From the NCBI GenBank assembly GCA_051294905.1, contig CM119372.1, positions 32,056,001 to 32,120,000 on the forward strand: DNA of 64,000 bases, written 5' to 3'. A program made the translations under genes and the position numbers. Below the pieces are notes generated by a model. It was not told the origin of the DNA. It saw only the letters and a list, made by a program, of their open reading frames with translations, and made no database searches. Positions 1-12,300 of this stretch are shown piece by piece. Numbering within the stretch: the stretch's first letter is position 1; the number at the start of each line of letters is the position of its first letter. This DNA comes from Botryllus schlosseri (Eukaryota).

Positions 1-241
1 GTATGGTCTTGAAAATACCCAATTATCATTAATTTGATGTAGAACTTTCGTTATATTCTTTGTGGTCGAATATTCCGAGATCTACTCATCAACGCTAGCT
101 AGTCACGAACACAGACAATGCTTTGAGATGTTTTTATCTAGCATTCTGTAAGTCCATAATTGCATGGGTTGGCGGATCTTTCAGTCTGATCAGGAACATA
201 CATATTCTCTTTGATGTATCAGAAAATTTAGCTCTACTTAC

Positions 242-346
242 GAACACAGAGGCCGTTAGATCTGCTGTATCCTCTCTCGCAAACGCACTCTCCGTCATCG
301 CAATCTTCGTTTTCTCCACAGTCGCTGTCTCCGCGACACCCATCGA
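242..346 (-). CDS. EGF/EB-like exon 10 (LDGCRGDSDCGENEDCDDGECVCERGYSRSNGLCV)
   Basis: 105 nt, TTTCAG/GTAAGT, phase 1-1; no stop, so the gene continues off the window. Confidence 0.9.
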
Positions 347-3300
347 CTGAAATATTATATTTTCAGAGAACACTCGTCAACGCTAGCATGCCAAGAAGTC
401 GCAAACACAATGATGTGTAATTTGTTGATCTAATACAGTGGCTCTTGGCACCTTGGTATCAGCGTTTGGCCGTTTGGAAGGGGACGGAAACGCTTAGGGG
501 GCGCTAGGGGGCGCTCGGACACCATGGGGCGATGAGAAAAAGTCGTGTAGCAGTAAAAGGTGTAGTAGTTCTAATATGGATATATACTATATAGTCCTAT
601 ATATTCCTGAATTCTCGTTACAAATTTACTTTCGACAAAAAACGTCCAAATTTTTCGTCGAATTCGCACAAAATATACTGACTATGCATGCAGTATGTTT
701 CCACGAATGTGTGATTGTCAAAATACGTGTAAAATGCGGGTTACGTGCTTCATGCGCGTACTTTCAGGTCACAAAGTCTGCAAGTCCACATGCACTTCCA
801 TCACACTAGATAGGGGGTTTCTCGACAAAATGCTTCGAACTTGGTATTGTATCAAAATCTGGCAAAGGGGCACAATGCCACTTCTGAGAGTGAGAGCCCG
901 TTATACAATGCATGCTTTGAAGCATTCTCGACAAAATGATAGACTAAACACAATACCAAACCTTCTATTTGAGAGCTACAAAATTAAATTGACTTTATCT
1001 TTCATCATCGTACCATAAAGAATGATTCTGTTTAGCGTTTCGGCCCACAAAACCTTACATGCACGCTATAAAATAAACGTTGCTTTGTTTGGAGTATATG
1101 CAATTATGCATGGCTAATTCTCGAACAATAGGTGCAGTAGGCTATTACCTCGATTTTACCGATGTAAATTCAGTGTGAGCATTGGTCAATACCACATTTT
1201 CAGTTGATTTCCTATTCACATAAGAAGCAATAAAACAAAACCCAATGCTGCAATACATCAATTGCAGAAGTGAAATCGTGGTGTGTGCAGGCGCTCGAAT
1301 CATTATGGTATGAGCCTGTATCCTACATTTGTTATAACAACTTTGATTTGATCCCGAAAATAATACGTTATATTATTAGATCGTTAATTAGCAGAGATGA
1401 GCATGGATTAGAATTAGGATTAGAAAAAAACGGATTTGTGAAATTTTGTCGGATTAGGATTAGATTCGGATTCAAGATTTTTTCTGAACGGATTAGGATT
1501 TGGATTGGATTTGCCGATTTTCTGGGAGATAGATATGTCGTGTGGCGAATGGCGACAAACTTTATTCAGATCAATTACACAGATCAACAAAATGAAAAAA
1601 AATTCTAGGCAGAACATCTGAGAGCCGTTTCTGGGGTGTTTGAGGTTGCTGATTCCGAATATCACGTTAGCTTTGTCAGATTGGCTCTTTGTGAGGAGAT
1701 ATGTATAATTGTATATACCCATAAAAAAGCCCAAAATTACTGTATTCACCCTTAAATATTTCACTTGGTAGGAAGAAAATTGTAGTTTTTTCTAATTTTA
1801 TACTGCGCATAAATGGATAATTGACTATGAAGAACCCTCATGTCGTTCTCAGTCATTCTATCAATATTAACATGACATGATGCGAAATATTTGTTTGTCA
1901 TAAAAGCAGTTTGTGAAGCCTAAAAATTGTACTTTTTCACAACGGAAATACATATTCTCCTCTATCAGTCGGCCATTTTCCCATGATTAATGAGGAGTAA
2001 AAAACAATAAAATTTTTCCTTCAAAAGCTTAACTACTATACTCATATGTGTCACATTTCTTTTGACTGGTAAATGGATAATTTTCCACTGAGTCAACAAA
2101 GTGGGTATACCTAGTTAGTAACCCTTTTAAACGAGAAGATAAAATCTGGTATATGGTATATTCGAATACCGATGAAAGATTCCAATTTCACATTGGGAAG
2201 GAGCTCACTGCATGTAATTTCTCCTAAGATGTAGTAAATGAAACTTTTTAGATGATCACAAAGCACCAAACTTCAAACAGTTGGTCCGAAAATTCGTATC
2301 TGCATATCGAAAACTTGAGCACAAACATGAGCATAAAAGTTCACGTCCTGTTCAGTCATCTTGATATATTTCCTGATCATCTTGTTGATTACCTATAGGG
2401 GAGAGGTTCTACCAAGACATCAGAACAACAAAAGAAAAATATCACGGCAGATGAGATAAAAAATTGAACATATTATGGCAGACCATTGCCGGAACCTTTC
2501 GAGAAACTGCCCTAAATTGCTTACAGGCGAAAATCGTACAAAAAACAATTGTGTCTTAAAATAAATTATTCATATTATATTCTAACTGATTATTTCAAAT
2601 TTACAATAGGTGGTTGACGTAAAACCGATTGAATTAATGTCACGTTATTTGATAATCTAGGTAAATAGTTATATACATGGCGGGAGTTTATTTATGCACG
2701 TACATGATACCCGTGAAAGTCTGTAACTATGATAAATCTATTACCCCAAATATAGTGCTGTTGCTATATTTTGATTTAAAAGGGTCTTCTGTGCGTAAAA
2801 ATTACAAGTAGATTGAATTTCTAAAGTTTAAGTACGACTGAGCCAATTTTATATCTAGTCATTTGGTCAAAATAGCCCCATGAGTTATCTCCACAACAAG
2901 AGCCAATTTGAAAAAAACTAAGGTCATATTCGAAATCAGTGCCCTTCCGAAGCCCCCAAACAACTCTTACTTTGTCTGCCTAAAAATATGTGTTGACCAA
3001 TCTTATTAATGTAGGTATAGTATACTACACCATGGTACATTCGGTGCCGATGAACATGAGAGGTGCAGCCCTATGCCAAGTTATCTTGAATCAACAGAAT
3101 TGTTGGTTGTGAAAGAAAAATTTCCAATTACCTCAAATTTTCTGAAATTCAAGTTAGAACCGGATTGGTATTAAACACGGATTTGAATATACAAAGGTTC
3201 TGGATTAGGATTTGGATTAGGCTTTGAAGCTTAGGATTTGGATTGGATTAGGACACATAAATTCCAAATCAGCTCATCTCTGTTAATTAGTCGAGCGGTC

Positions 3301-6300
3301 GTCAGACGCAATTCAAGCTCGTCATATTTACAACAGTACAGTTCAATCCCATTAAGACCGACCAGATTACGACCTCTACCCATAGTGTTTAATACTACGC
3401 TTAAAATATATGGGGGGGGGGGGCAGACTATGAAAATTTCTGAAAATGGGTGCTGGCGGGAGAAGGTTCAGGACCACTGATCTAACACTTTGTTAGTCAG
3501 TTCATTCAAATCAAAAAGCTATCTATTCGATATTTTGCATTATCAATTTCAGTATCTACTTACGAACACAGCGACCGTTAGATCGGCTATATCCTTTCTC
3601 GCAAACACATTCTCTGTCATCGCAATCTTCGTTTTCTCCGCAATCGCTGTCACTACGACACCCATCCACTAAAGTACAATATCGTCAAAGAGCGCTCGTC
3701 AACGGAAGCAAGTCACAAGATCTCGAACGCAATGTCAGATTTGTATATATAGCTGTTGATTCGTCGAAGTGCATGGGTTGGCGGACATCCGACGAAGAAG
3801 TTATATTTTTTATATTATGAGTCATGAAATTCGGCATCTACTTACAAACACAGCGGCCGTCAGATCTGATATATCCTCTCTCGCAAACACAGTCACCGTT
3901 TTCGCAATCTTCATTTTGTCCGCAGTCGCTGTCTCTACGACACCCATTCACTAAAATATGATAACTTCATAACAACGCTTGTCACACGGTATAATCAAAT
4001 AAATGGCTATTAAAAACCCCAATTTATCTTTAATTTGCCATAGAACTGTCACTATATTCTTTTCAGTCGCATAGAAAGTACATAATTGAGCTTCATTCAC
4101 ACTGTTGTGACGCTAATGAGTGATACCCGACTCTTATAACCTAATACTCGGTTCCCGATTGTGCCTAGCCCTACACAACAAGTATATAGCTATAGCGACG
4201 GATTCGTGAACTGAAAATAAACAAAGCTGTGGGATTTGTAAATCTAACATTCTACTATAGTCTTACGGTTACCATATTTTGGAATCGGGAAAGCAGGACA
4301 CTTTCATCACATCTTAAAAGTTAGTTTACCGAAATTGAAAACAGCTGATTTGGAAATATTTGCTGGAAATCTTGTTATGTTGACTAACAAAAGATGTCCT
4401 CACGCTGACTCGATTCCCTAATTACCAACTTTTTTCCGATACTTCTGTGGTGTTGACTAGAAATAAAAAAAATAAAAAAGTTATCAATCTGACTCGACTC
4501 CCTAATTACCCACTTTTTAACGATATTTCTGTGGTGTTGGATAAAAAGAATAAAAAAATAGGTCACCACTCTGACTCGTATAGCCTAATAAGGATTTCCA
4601 CGTCTCACACCCCCCCCCCCATGCTATCCCGATAATGCTTGGCGCCAAGCAGGGAAGCCATGGATAACGCTGTTACTAAAAAGGTCTTAGTCTGACCCGG
4701 CAGGGGATTGAGTCCACGACCTACCAATCAAGAAGCTGGACGCTCCGACACTACGCTATCTTGCCGGCCAATAAGAAGACAGCTATTCGATATAATGCGT
4801 CATTATCATCACACGCGTGGTGAGATATCGTAGTGGTATAATCCTCAGCTACAACACCGATGCATTGTGGGTTCGAGTCCGACCGAGGGCCACTCCAGAA
4901 TTCCTGCCTAAGTGTTGGAGGTTTATCTAGGCCCCTCCTCGCCACCTCATCCGCGTAAGCGGTGTCTTACAAAAAGCTTCGAAGTGAGCCGTGCTATAAG
5001 TCGGCAGTTACGGAAAACATGAAGAATATCGGCCTGGTGTAGATGACCATAGTAGTCGACAAACACCATAAATATCACAAACAACAACAACAATCATCAC
5101 ATGCAGTATCAACTTACGAACACAGCGGCCATTAGATCTGCTATATCCTCTCTCGCAGACGCATTCTCCGTCTTCGCATTCTTCGTTTTCACCGCAGTCT
5201 CTGTCTCCACGACACCCGTCGACTGCAAGATGATATATTCAAAGAACGCTCGCCAATAGGGCTAAGAACAGTGATCCGAATCGAGTGTTAATTATAACAA
5301 TTCGAGTGAGGTATAGTGAGAACTGATTTATTTCAGCCGCTAAATTATGCGCTGATTGTCAATATGACTTTAACATATCGACGATATCGATTTTATACCA
5401 TTTCCACAACTGAAGGCCGTAAGGCCAAAATCCTTGTATCGCAGCATAATACGAGACATCTAGTCCAAACACACGCACATTTGTTGGAATGACATATCAG
5501 TGAAGTTTCGATCATCAATCCGCAGCGTTGTCACAAAGTTCAACCAAATAGGTATGGTCTCAAAATACCAAATTATACTTAATTTGATGTAGGACTTGGA
5601 TTATATTACTTGTGGTCACATAATAAATGTTCGATATTTGAACTTTTCAAATCATTCATACTGTGGTGACGTCATCATGAATGATATTTGCAACATGATT
5701 GATAACCTATTTTGTAATTTTCTAAGCTACAGGGAAATCATAATCCAGTTTTGCTTCATAACTACGAAAAATCCAGGACTTGCATTAACGGAAGGGCCTT
5801 CTGAGATGAAATATCCTATACAGTGCACTATAATTTAGCTAAATTGGAAGCAAAAGTTATTTAGATTCCGCGTGCGCCATAACATTCAGCATATCCACTT
5901 ACGAACGCAGCGGCCGTTAGATCTGCTATATCCTCTCTCACAAACACAATCTCCGTTTTTGCATACTTCGTTTTGTCCGCAGTCGCTGTTTCGGCGACAC
6001 CCGTCCACTAAAATATGATATTTTAAAGACCGCCACTCAACGATAGCTAGCCATGAAATGGAGAATATAATGCTATGAGATTAATCCATCCAACATTCCC
6101 TAAGTCTTTACAAATGCATGCTCAAATTCGATGAAAAAGATATCTCTTATATATTATGCGTCGTAAAATGCGGGTTGTACTTACGAACGCAGCGACCGTT
6201 AGATCTGCTATATCCTGTCTCGCAAACACAGTCTCCATTTACGCAGTCTTCGTTTTGTCCGCAGTCGCTGTTTCTACGACATCCATCCACTAAAATATTA

Positions 6301-9300
6301 TGTATTCACGCTAATCAACAGAGCTGGTCAGAACGATTCGAGTAATCGAATCGAGTAGTGATTCTAATATTTCCAGCCGAGCATTAGTGAAACATGATTT
6401 ATTTGAGTTCTGACATTGTACGCTCATTTCCCGAGATAATTTAGCAGCGATAATTATACGTTTGATGCAATTTTTCGCCGTGGAAGGCCTATGCGCTATA
6501 TAGTTCACCAATTCGTCAGCACATTCAGCGAGATTTGTTTATATAGCATTCACTTGGTGTATAATTGAATGGATTATCGGAACTCTATCCTAGATCATGC
6601 GTTTATAAAATCCTGCATCTACTTACGAACGCAGCGGCCGCTAGATCTGACATATCCTCTCCCGCAAACACAGTCTCCGTTGTTGCAAACTTCGTTTTGT
6701 CTGCAGTCGCTGTTTCTACGACATCCATCTACTAAAATATGATATCTTCAAGGAACGCTCGTCAACGCTAGCTAGCCGTGAAGACTCGGACACACCGCTG
6801 AGAGATTTGTTTATCTAACATTCTATTATACTATTTTTGCTTGGGTTGGCGGTCATTTCAGTCCAATGAAGAACATATCAATTCTATATATATATAACAG
6901 TAACACCATGTCGACTGTTGTTCAGTGCTAGATTGTAAATTAAGTTGTACATACCTAATATTGATGTACAAATTCCCACCTATGTGGACTTCAATATACT
7001 CGAACTATCAGTTGGCCTATCCGTGTCCATTATTTATTTGTATTTATCGTCTGAACTATGATGCAAAATAATCTATGTGGAGTACATCTACTGGAAATTG
7101 CAGAATTCAAGCATTTTACGAAGGACCCAATGTATCCAATATGTGAATTCTTTGACATGTGCTTGTAAGTTATCATCTTTAAGCTATTTAGTAAAACAGA
7201 CATATAATTGAATGCATATAAAGTGCGAAGTTGTTTTCTAACTCTCATTATTGAGAAACATGAAGGCATATTTAGGTCGTCGCTCCAGTTTGTTTGTCTG
7301 TTTTGTGGCAGTTGTGGTGTTTGTCGACTACTATGGTCATTGGTCATTTACACCAGGCCGATATTACTCATTTTTATTCCGTAACTGCCGACTTGTAGCA
7401 GGGTTTTTTGTAAGACACCGCTTACACGGATGCGATGGCGAGTAGGAGCCTAGATATACCCCCAACACTTAGGTAGGAATTTTGGAGTCGAACCCGCAAC
7501 CCATTGGTGTTGCAGCTGTTGATTATACCATTACGCTATCTCGCCATAGCTCGTTCCAGTGAAAAAGTTTATTGAAAACTATTTCCGTCCATTTACTTTC
7601 ATTTAACTCTTTACGTCATCACATTAAGTGCAAAGAAGGTACACGCCCTACAGGCCTACATGCTAGAGGTTCATAAAGTAGGGTTCCGAACCAGTATCGG
7701 GGGGGGGGGGTCTGTGAGAAGTCGATGTTTAAATACATCATCATTCCGCCATCAGACAATCTGCTTCTCTAGATGTAAAACATTTTTCCAAATTACACGG
7801 TTTCACTGATTCAATTGTAAGGCTGCTTAAAAACGCTACGCGCGAATTTTGGCTCAATGCCGACCGGTAGAAGCCGCTCAAATCCAAATTTAACTTTTGA
7901 CTACTTTATTATTATTAGTATTTACGGAAAAATTCATTCACTACGCCATGACCCAACATCGTGTTACAGAAACCCATAAAGTGAAGGTGACGACGTAATC
8001 ACGAGATGTTATCTTGAGATTGACCTGTGATAGCGTTTGAATAAATGAATTGCCATTAATAAAAAAACAGTAATGAATATGATTGGCTGGAGATTCAACT
8101 ACTTTATTGATATAGCCTAGTTAAAACGACGGTGATATAACTGGCAAATGAAGTATACATTACCCACTGAAAGTGGTGATCGCTAAGAGGTTATAAACCA
8201 ACAGGCAGGTAAAATACAGATAAATATATTTCCCATACGATAGTCGATATCCGCATATAGTTATCCTTATTTTCGGTAATGAGACCGTGATTAGGACTGG
8301 ACGAAAATGAAGACCTCTTATGTTCATTTCCTTTCACATCACTCAATATGTCATGCCATTCAGGACATAGTGAAGGGGTGGGCAAACTTTTGAGCTCGCG
8401 GGCCGCATACAACATCTGAATTCATTTGCGGGCCGCACTTATAAAATTGGGATTATCAACCAAAACGCAATATTGGTATTTGATTATATGTGATGACATA
8501 GAGATATGCTTATTGAAACCAAACCAAACATTGCTTTGATGATATCGTACACGCGTCAGAAACAGTGGCAAGATTTCATAGGCTGGTCGACCTCAATAAC
8601 CAATTTGTCAAAACTATAGAAATGAATGTCGGTTGTCCCGATTCTTGGAACAGGATTGAAATTTGAATCTGTGAGCAGCGATCTGTTCATATATTTACTA
8701 ATTCCACTTTGGGTACAGTTCCAGGACACACATTGCTGACAGCATCGTAACCATGTTAGCTTCAAACACGCTTCTTCTACTATATGTAGATAAAATATTA
8801 ATACCCTAATTCTACGCATACAGAGAACGAAGCCACGCGCGAATCGTTTTTATAAGCACATCAGTGAAATAATGATAACTGGAGTGGGCAATCTGAAATC
8901 ACACTCGTAATCCGAATTATGTCAATCTCGTTTATCATTTGTGTGATGTTTAGCTGTTGAAACCTTTTAAACTGCGCGGGCCTTGAGATCGGGTTGTCGC
9001 GCCAGAAATTGAACATAAAAGTATTTACCTTACAACAGTGGTTCTCAAACTTTTTAAGACACGCCCCCCCCCGTATGATGGTGAAAGATTTCGACCCCCT
9101 CCCCTTATCGTCCCATCACAAAACGTAACCAGGTTGCTAGAATACGGATAGTTTGATGGCTTGGAAGGTTACGACTGTGGACGAGAGATTTCTAAATATG
9201 AAATTTAGACTAAATACAGAGCAACAATAATGAATTGTATATAAATCGCGCGGAGCGCGAAAAAAGTATTCAGTTGAGCTCAGCTTCGCGCCCTCTTCAG

Positions 9301-12300
9301 ATGCTTTCACACCCCAAAGCACTCAGTATGACAACTACCGCCATAGAATTATCATGATGGAATATACCAAGAAAAAGTTTAATCAAGTCTCTGCATTAAT
9401 TCGATTCAAGTACACATTTTATCAATATTTTTAAAATGTTTCTTCAGATTCTCGCGGGCCACACAGAACGCCGTTGCGGGCCGAATGCGGCCCGCGGACC
9501 ATAGTTTGGCCACCACTGACATAGTGGGTGTATGCCCAGTTTGATATTTAGAACTTAGGATTGATATACAATAGTCCAAGGTATATCTTACCAATACATT
9601 GACCATTGACGCGGATGAACCCATCTCTGCAAAGACATTGGCGGTTTCTGCAGAATGAATTAGCACCACACGTGCTACACGGATCTGCGAACAAAACTCA
9701 GCGTAAGAAGTATTGCATGGGTGATATCGATCTATCTATAAGATGTAACACATATGTTATTTATAGGCGATGATTCATGATCAGAATTAGTGGCGGCTGA
9801 GTAAATTTATGTTCACTCCACTGAGTTAATTTATGTTCACTCCGAATTGTGAATCAACAAAATGAACTGTCATTCTTGTCGAACAATTAAAGACTCAACG
9901 TTTGATACAGCTGCCGGACCATCACCGTGGCCAGTTTAATGATCTCATATGCGTTGGCTACCACCTCAACGGGCTACAATAGTACACTGCGTTACACTTC
10001 TAATAATTGCTCAAGTATAGTTTTGTTAACATATCATAATCACTTAAACATTAAATGGACAGGTTCAATTCAATATTATTGATGTCCAAATATCCATATT
10101 CATTTGTGATATCATATTCATGAGTCATGATGACTTACGCAGCGTTAATCATTAAAAAATATTTTTTTATTCGGGTGGAACGTCGGAAATTACAACATTC
10201 AAATATTTGTCGAAGTTTACCAAGGTCTAATAGGGGCATAAGTGTATAAGTCTTGAAATGACGGCAAGGTATCGTCAAACAGCTTTTTTTTTATAAGATG
10301 ACGTATAGTTGAATACATATAAAACACATCGGGCTTTACCGCAGCTTCTTTTTGAAAATCACAAATGTATATTTCAGTCTTCGTTCCAGTGAGAAACTTT
10401 TATTTATGACTTTCACGAGCCATTTCCGATCACATAACTCATTACGTTACCATATGTAGTAGCCTACGTAGAAGGTACAGGGCTAATAAGGATGGTGTGA
10501 ACGCGAGGTTCACGTTCGCGTTCTGTGTGTGAACCTCAGAAATTTAGAGGTTCGCGTTCACAAAGGAACTTTGGTAAATTCTGCACTATGAATCTTTTTC
10601 ATATATAACAATTTCACACGTCAATATAACATCTTTGGTTGAAATTTCTTGCATTTCAACTTCGGACAATTCTATGCATGGCACTGGCAGCATAAAAAAT
10701 CAACACTAACCGAGCATGCACCTTGCCAATCTCAAATATTTTACTTACTTTGTTACAAAGGCTTGCTCGTTTCCTCGTTTGTCAATATTTAGTGACTCTC
10801 TGATGTGAGCTTGACCCGCAATTACACATCATCGAGAACGAAATACACTACATGTAGGTAGTCAGCGAATGATGCTTATTCAACCAATCAATGGAATTGA
10901 TATAAAGAATACATCGTTTTCTAATATAAAAAATCTAACAGCCGTACGGAATCCATCTTGATTTAATTTCTTTATTGTATAATAAAACAATTGTATCATA
11001 ATAGAAACCCGTTTTACACTCTGCTCAACATCATTGTAGCAATAGTGAGAATCCGAATACATTGCCTGGTCTGGCCTAGACAGTTAATACATGAGCCTAT
11101 AATATGTTCCAAGTCCTCGTCAAAATTATTGGCAAAGTGACGGAAGATATTGATATTAGAGAAATATTAGAGCATTTCATTGCTGCAGTTCATACATTTG
11201 GTGACGATTAAAAAGTCAGCATGTACTTCAGCATTGTGGCATAATGTGGCCTGAGTCGTCGCTAGATATCATGTATATTAATAAATCACTTCACTGAAAT
11301 GCACTGAAATCGCGTTCGCGTTCACATATAACCTTTCAAAAAAATTCGCGTTCATGCGAACCTGAACCTTTCAGGGGTTCGCACCGTCCCCAGTAAATGC
11401 CCTCTCTATTTTCACAGTTGTGTAGATTTACAACACTACAAGAGAAGCCTTACCAACACATCGATTGTTTTTGCGGAAGAACCCGTCTCTGCAAACACAT
11501 TGGCGGTTCTTGCAGATTGAATTGGCTCCACACGATTTACATGGGTCTGTAAATATAATTCAGCGTGAGAAATAATGCATGGGCGACATCGAAGTATAAG
11601 TTGATTGATTGATTATTGGGAATATAATTCAGCCTATGAAATGAAGCACAGGCGAAATTGTTCTTCCAGACGGAAATATGGTCTTGATTAGCTAAGCGAA
11701 GATTGATGATAAAGCTATGTGACTGAATGCCTTCCCCATATGGATATCCCTCTCAACTCCAAGAACCTTCGACGTCGTGTCGACAGTCGACACATTGATA
11801 GTCATACTTTACGCACCGTCGTCCACGTTTTGCAAGAGCATGCAGAACCTCAATTTGAATATATCATTGATACCGTAATCATATCCAAATGTTTGGTAAT
11901 CTTGGGCGAATAACGGAAGCAAACAGTCTATCAAATCATTATCGTTTAATTGGAGATCTCCGCCTGGCCATGTCGCGGTCACATTGGAATTTCGACACCA
12001 TGAAAACCGCGTGCTACTCGCATAATACTTACTAAGGCATTCGTTCTTGAAAAGGAAGAATGGAAACTTGCAAATGCATTTCCCTAAAATGCATTTTCCA
12101 CCACTGCAGTTCCGGCACCGTTTACCTAAATAATGAAGTACTGATTATATTAGAGGTTCTTAACTCGAGGGTTGCTCCGACGACTTTCGAAGGGCGCGAA
12201 TCCTGGCGTGCTTTACAACTTAATCTCATCTCAAAACTCACACGCATATCACGCTATAATGTAAGTATTTATGTACAGAATCACGTCACTGAAGCTAGAA

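Larger units (their letters stand above)
436..3479. mobile_element. Non-autonomous hAT-type element (outer layer of a triple nest)
   Basis: Termini CAGTGG...CCACTG; 8-bp TSD ATCTAATA (428-435) / ATCTAACA (3480-3487). Confidence 0.75.

Noticed and set aside
123..6345. Tracked ORFs overlapping the repeat exons (e.g. 123-350, 134-373, 3490-3672, 3769-3954, 6118-6345)
   Set aside because: Antisense or wrong-frame shadows of the Cys-rich exons.
242..6731. Regularly recurring ~105-bp repeats as a CRISPR-like array
   Set aside because: They are spliceosomal exons with AG/GT ends in eukaryotic DNA; no cas genes.
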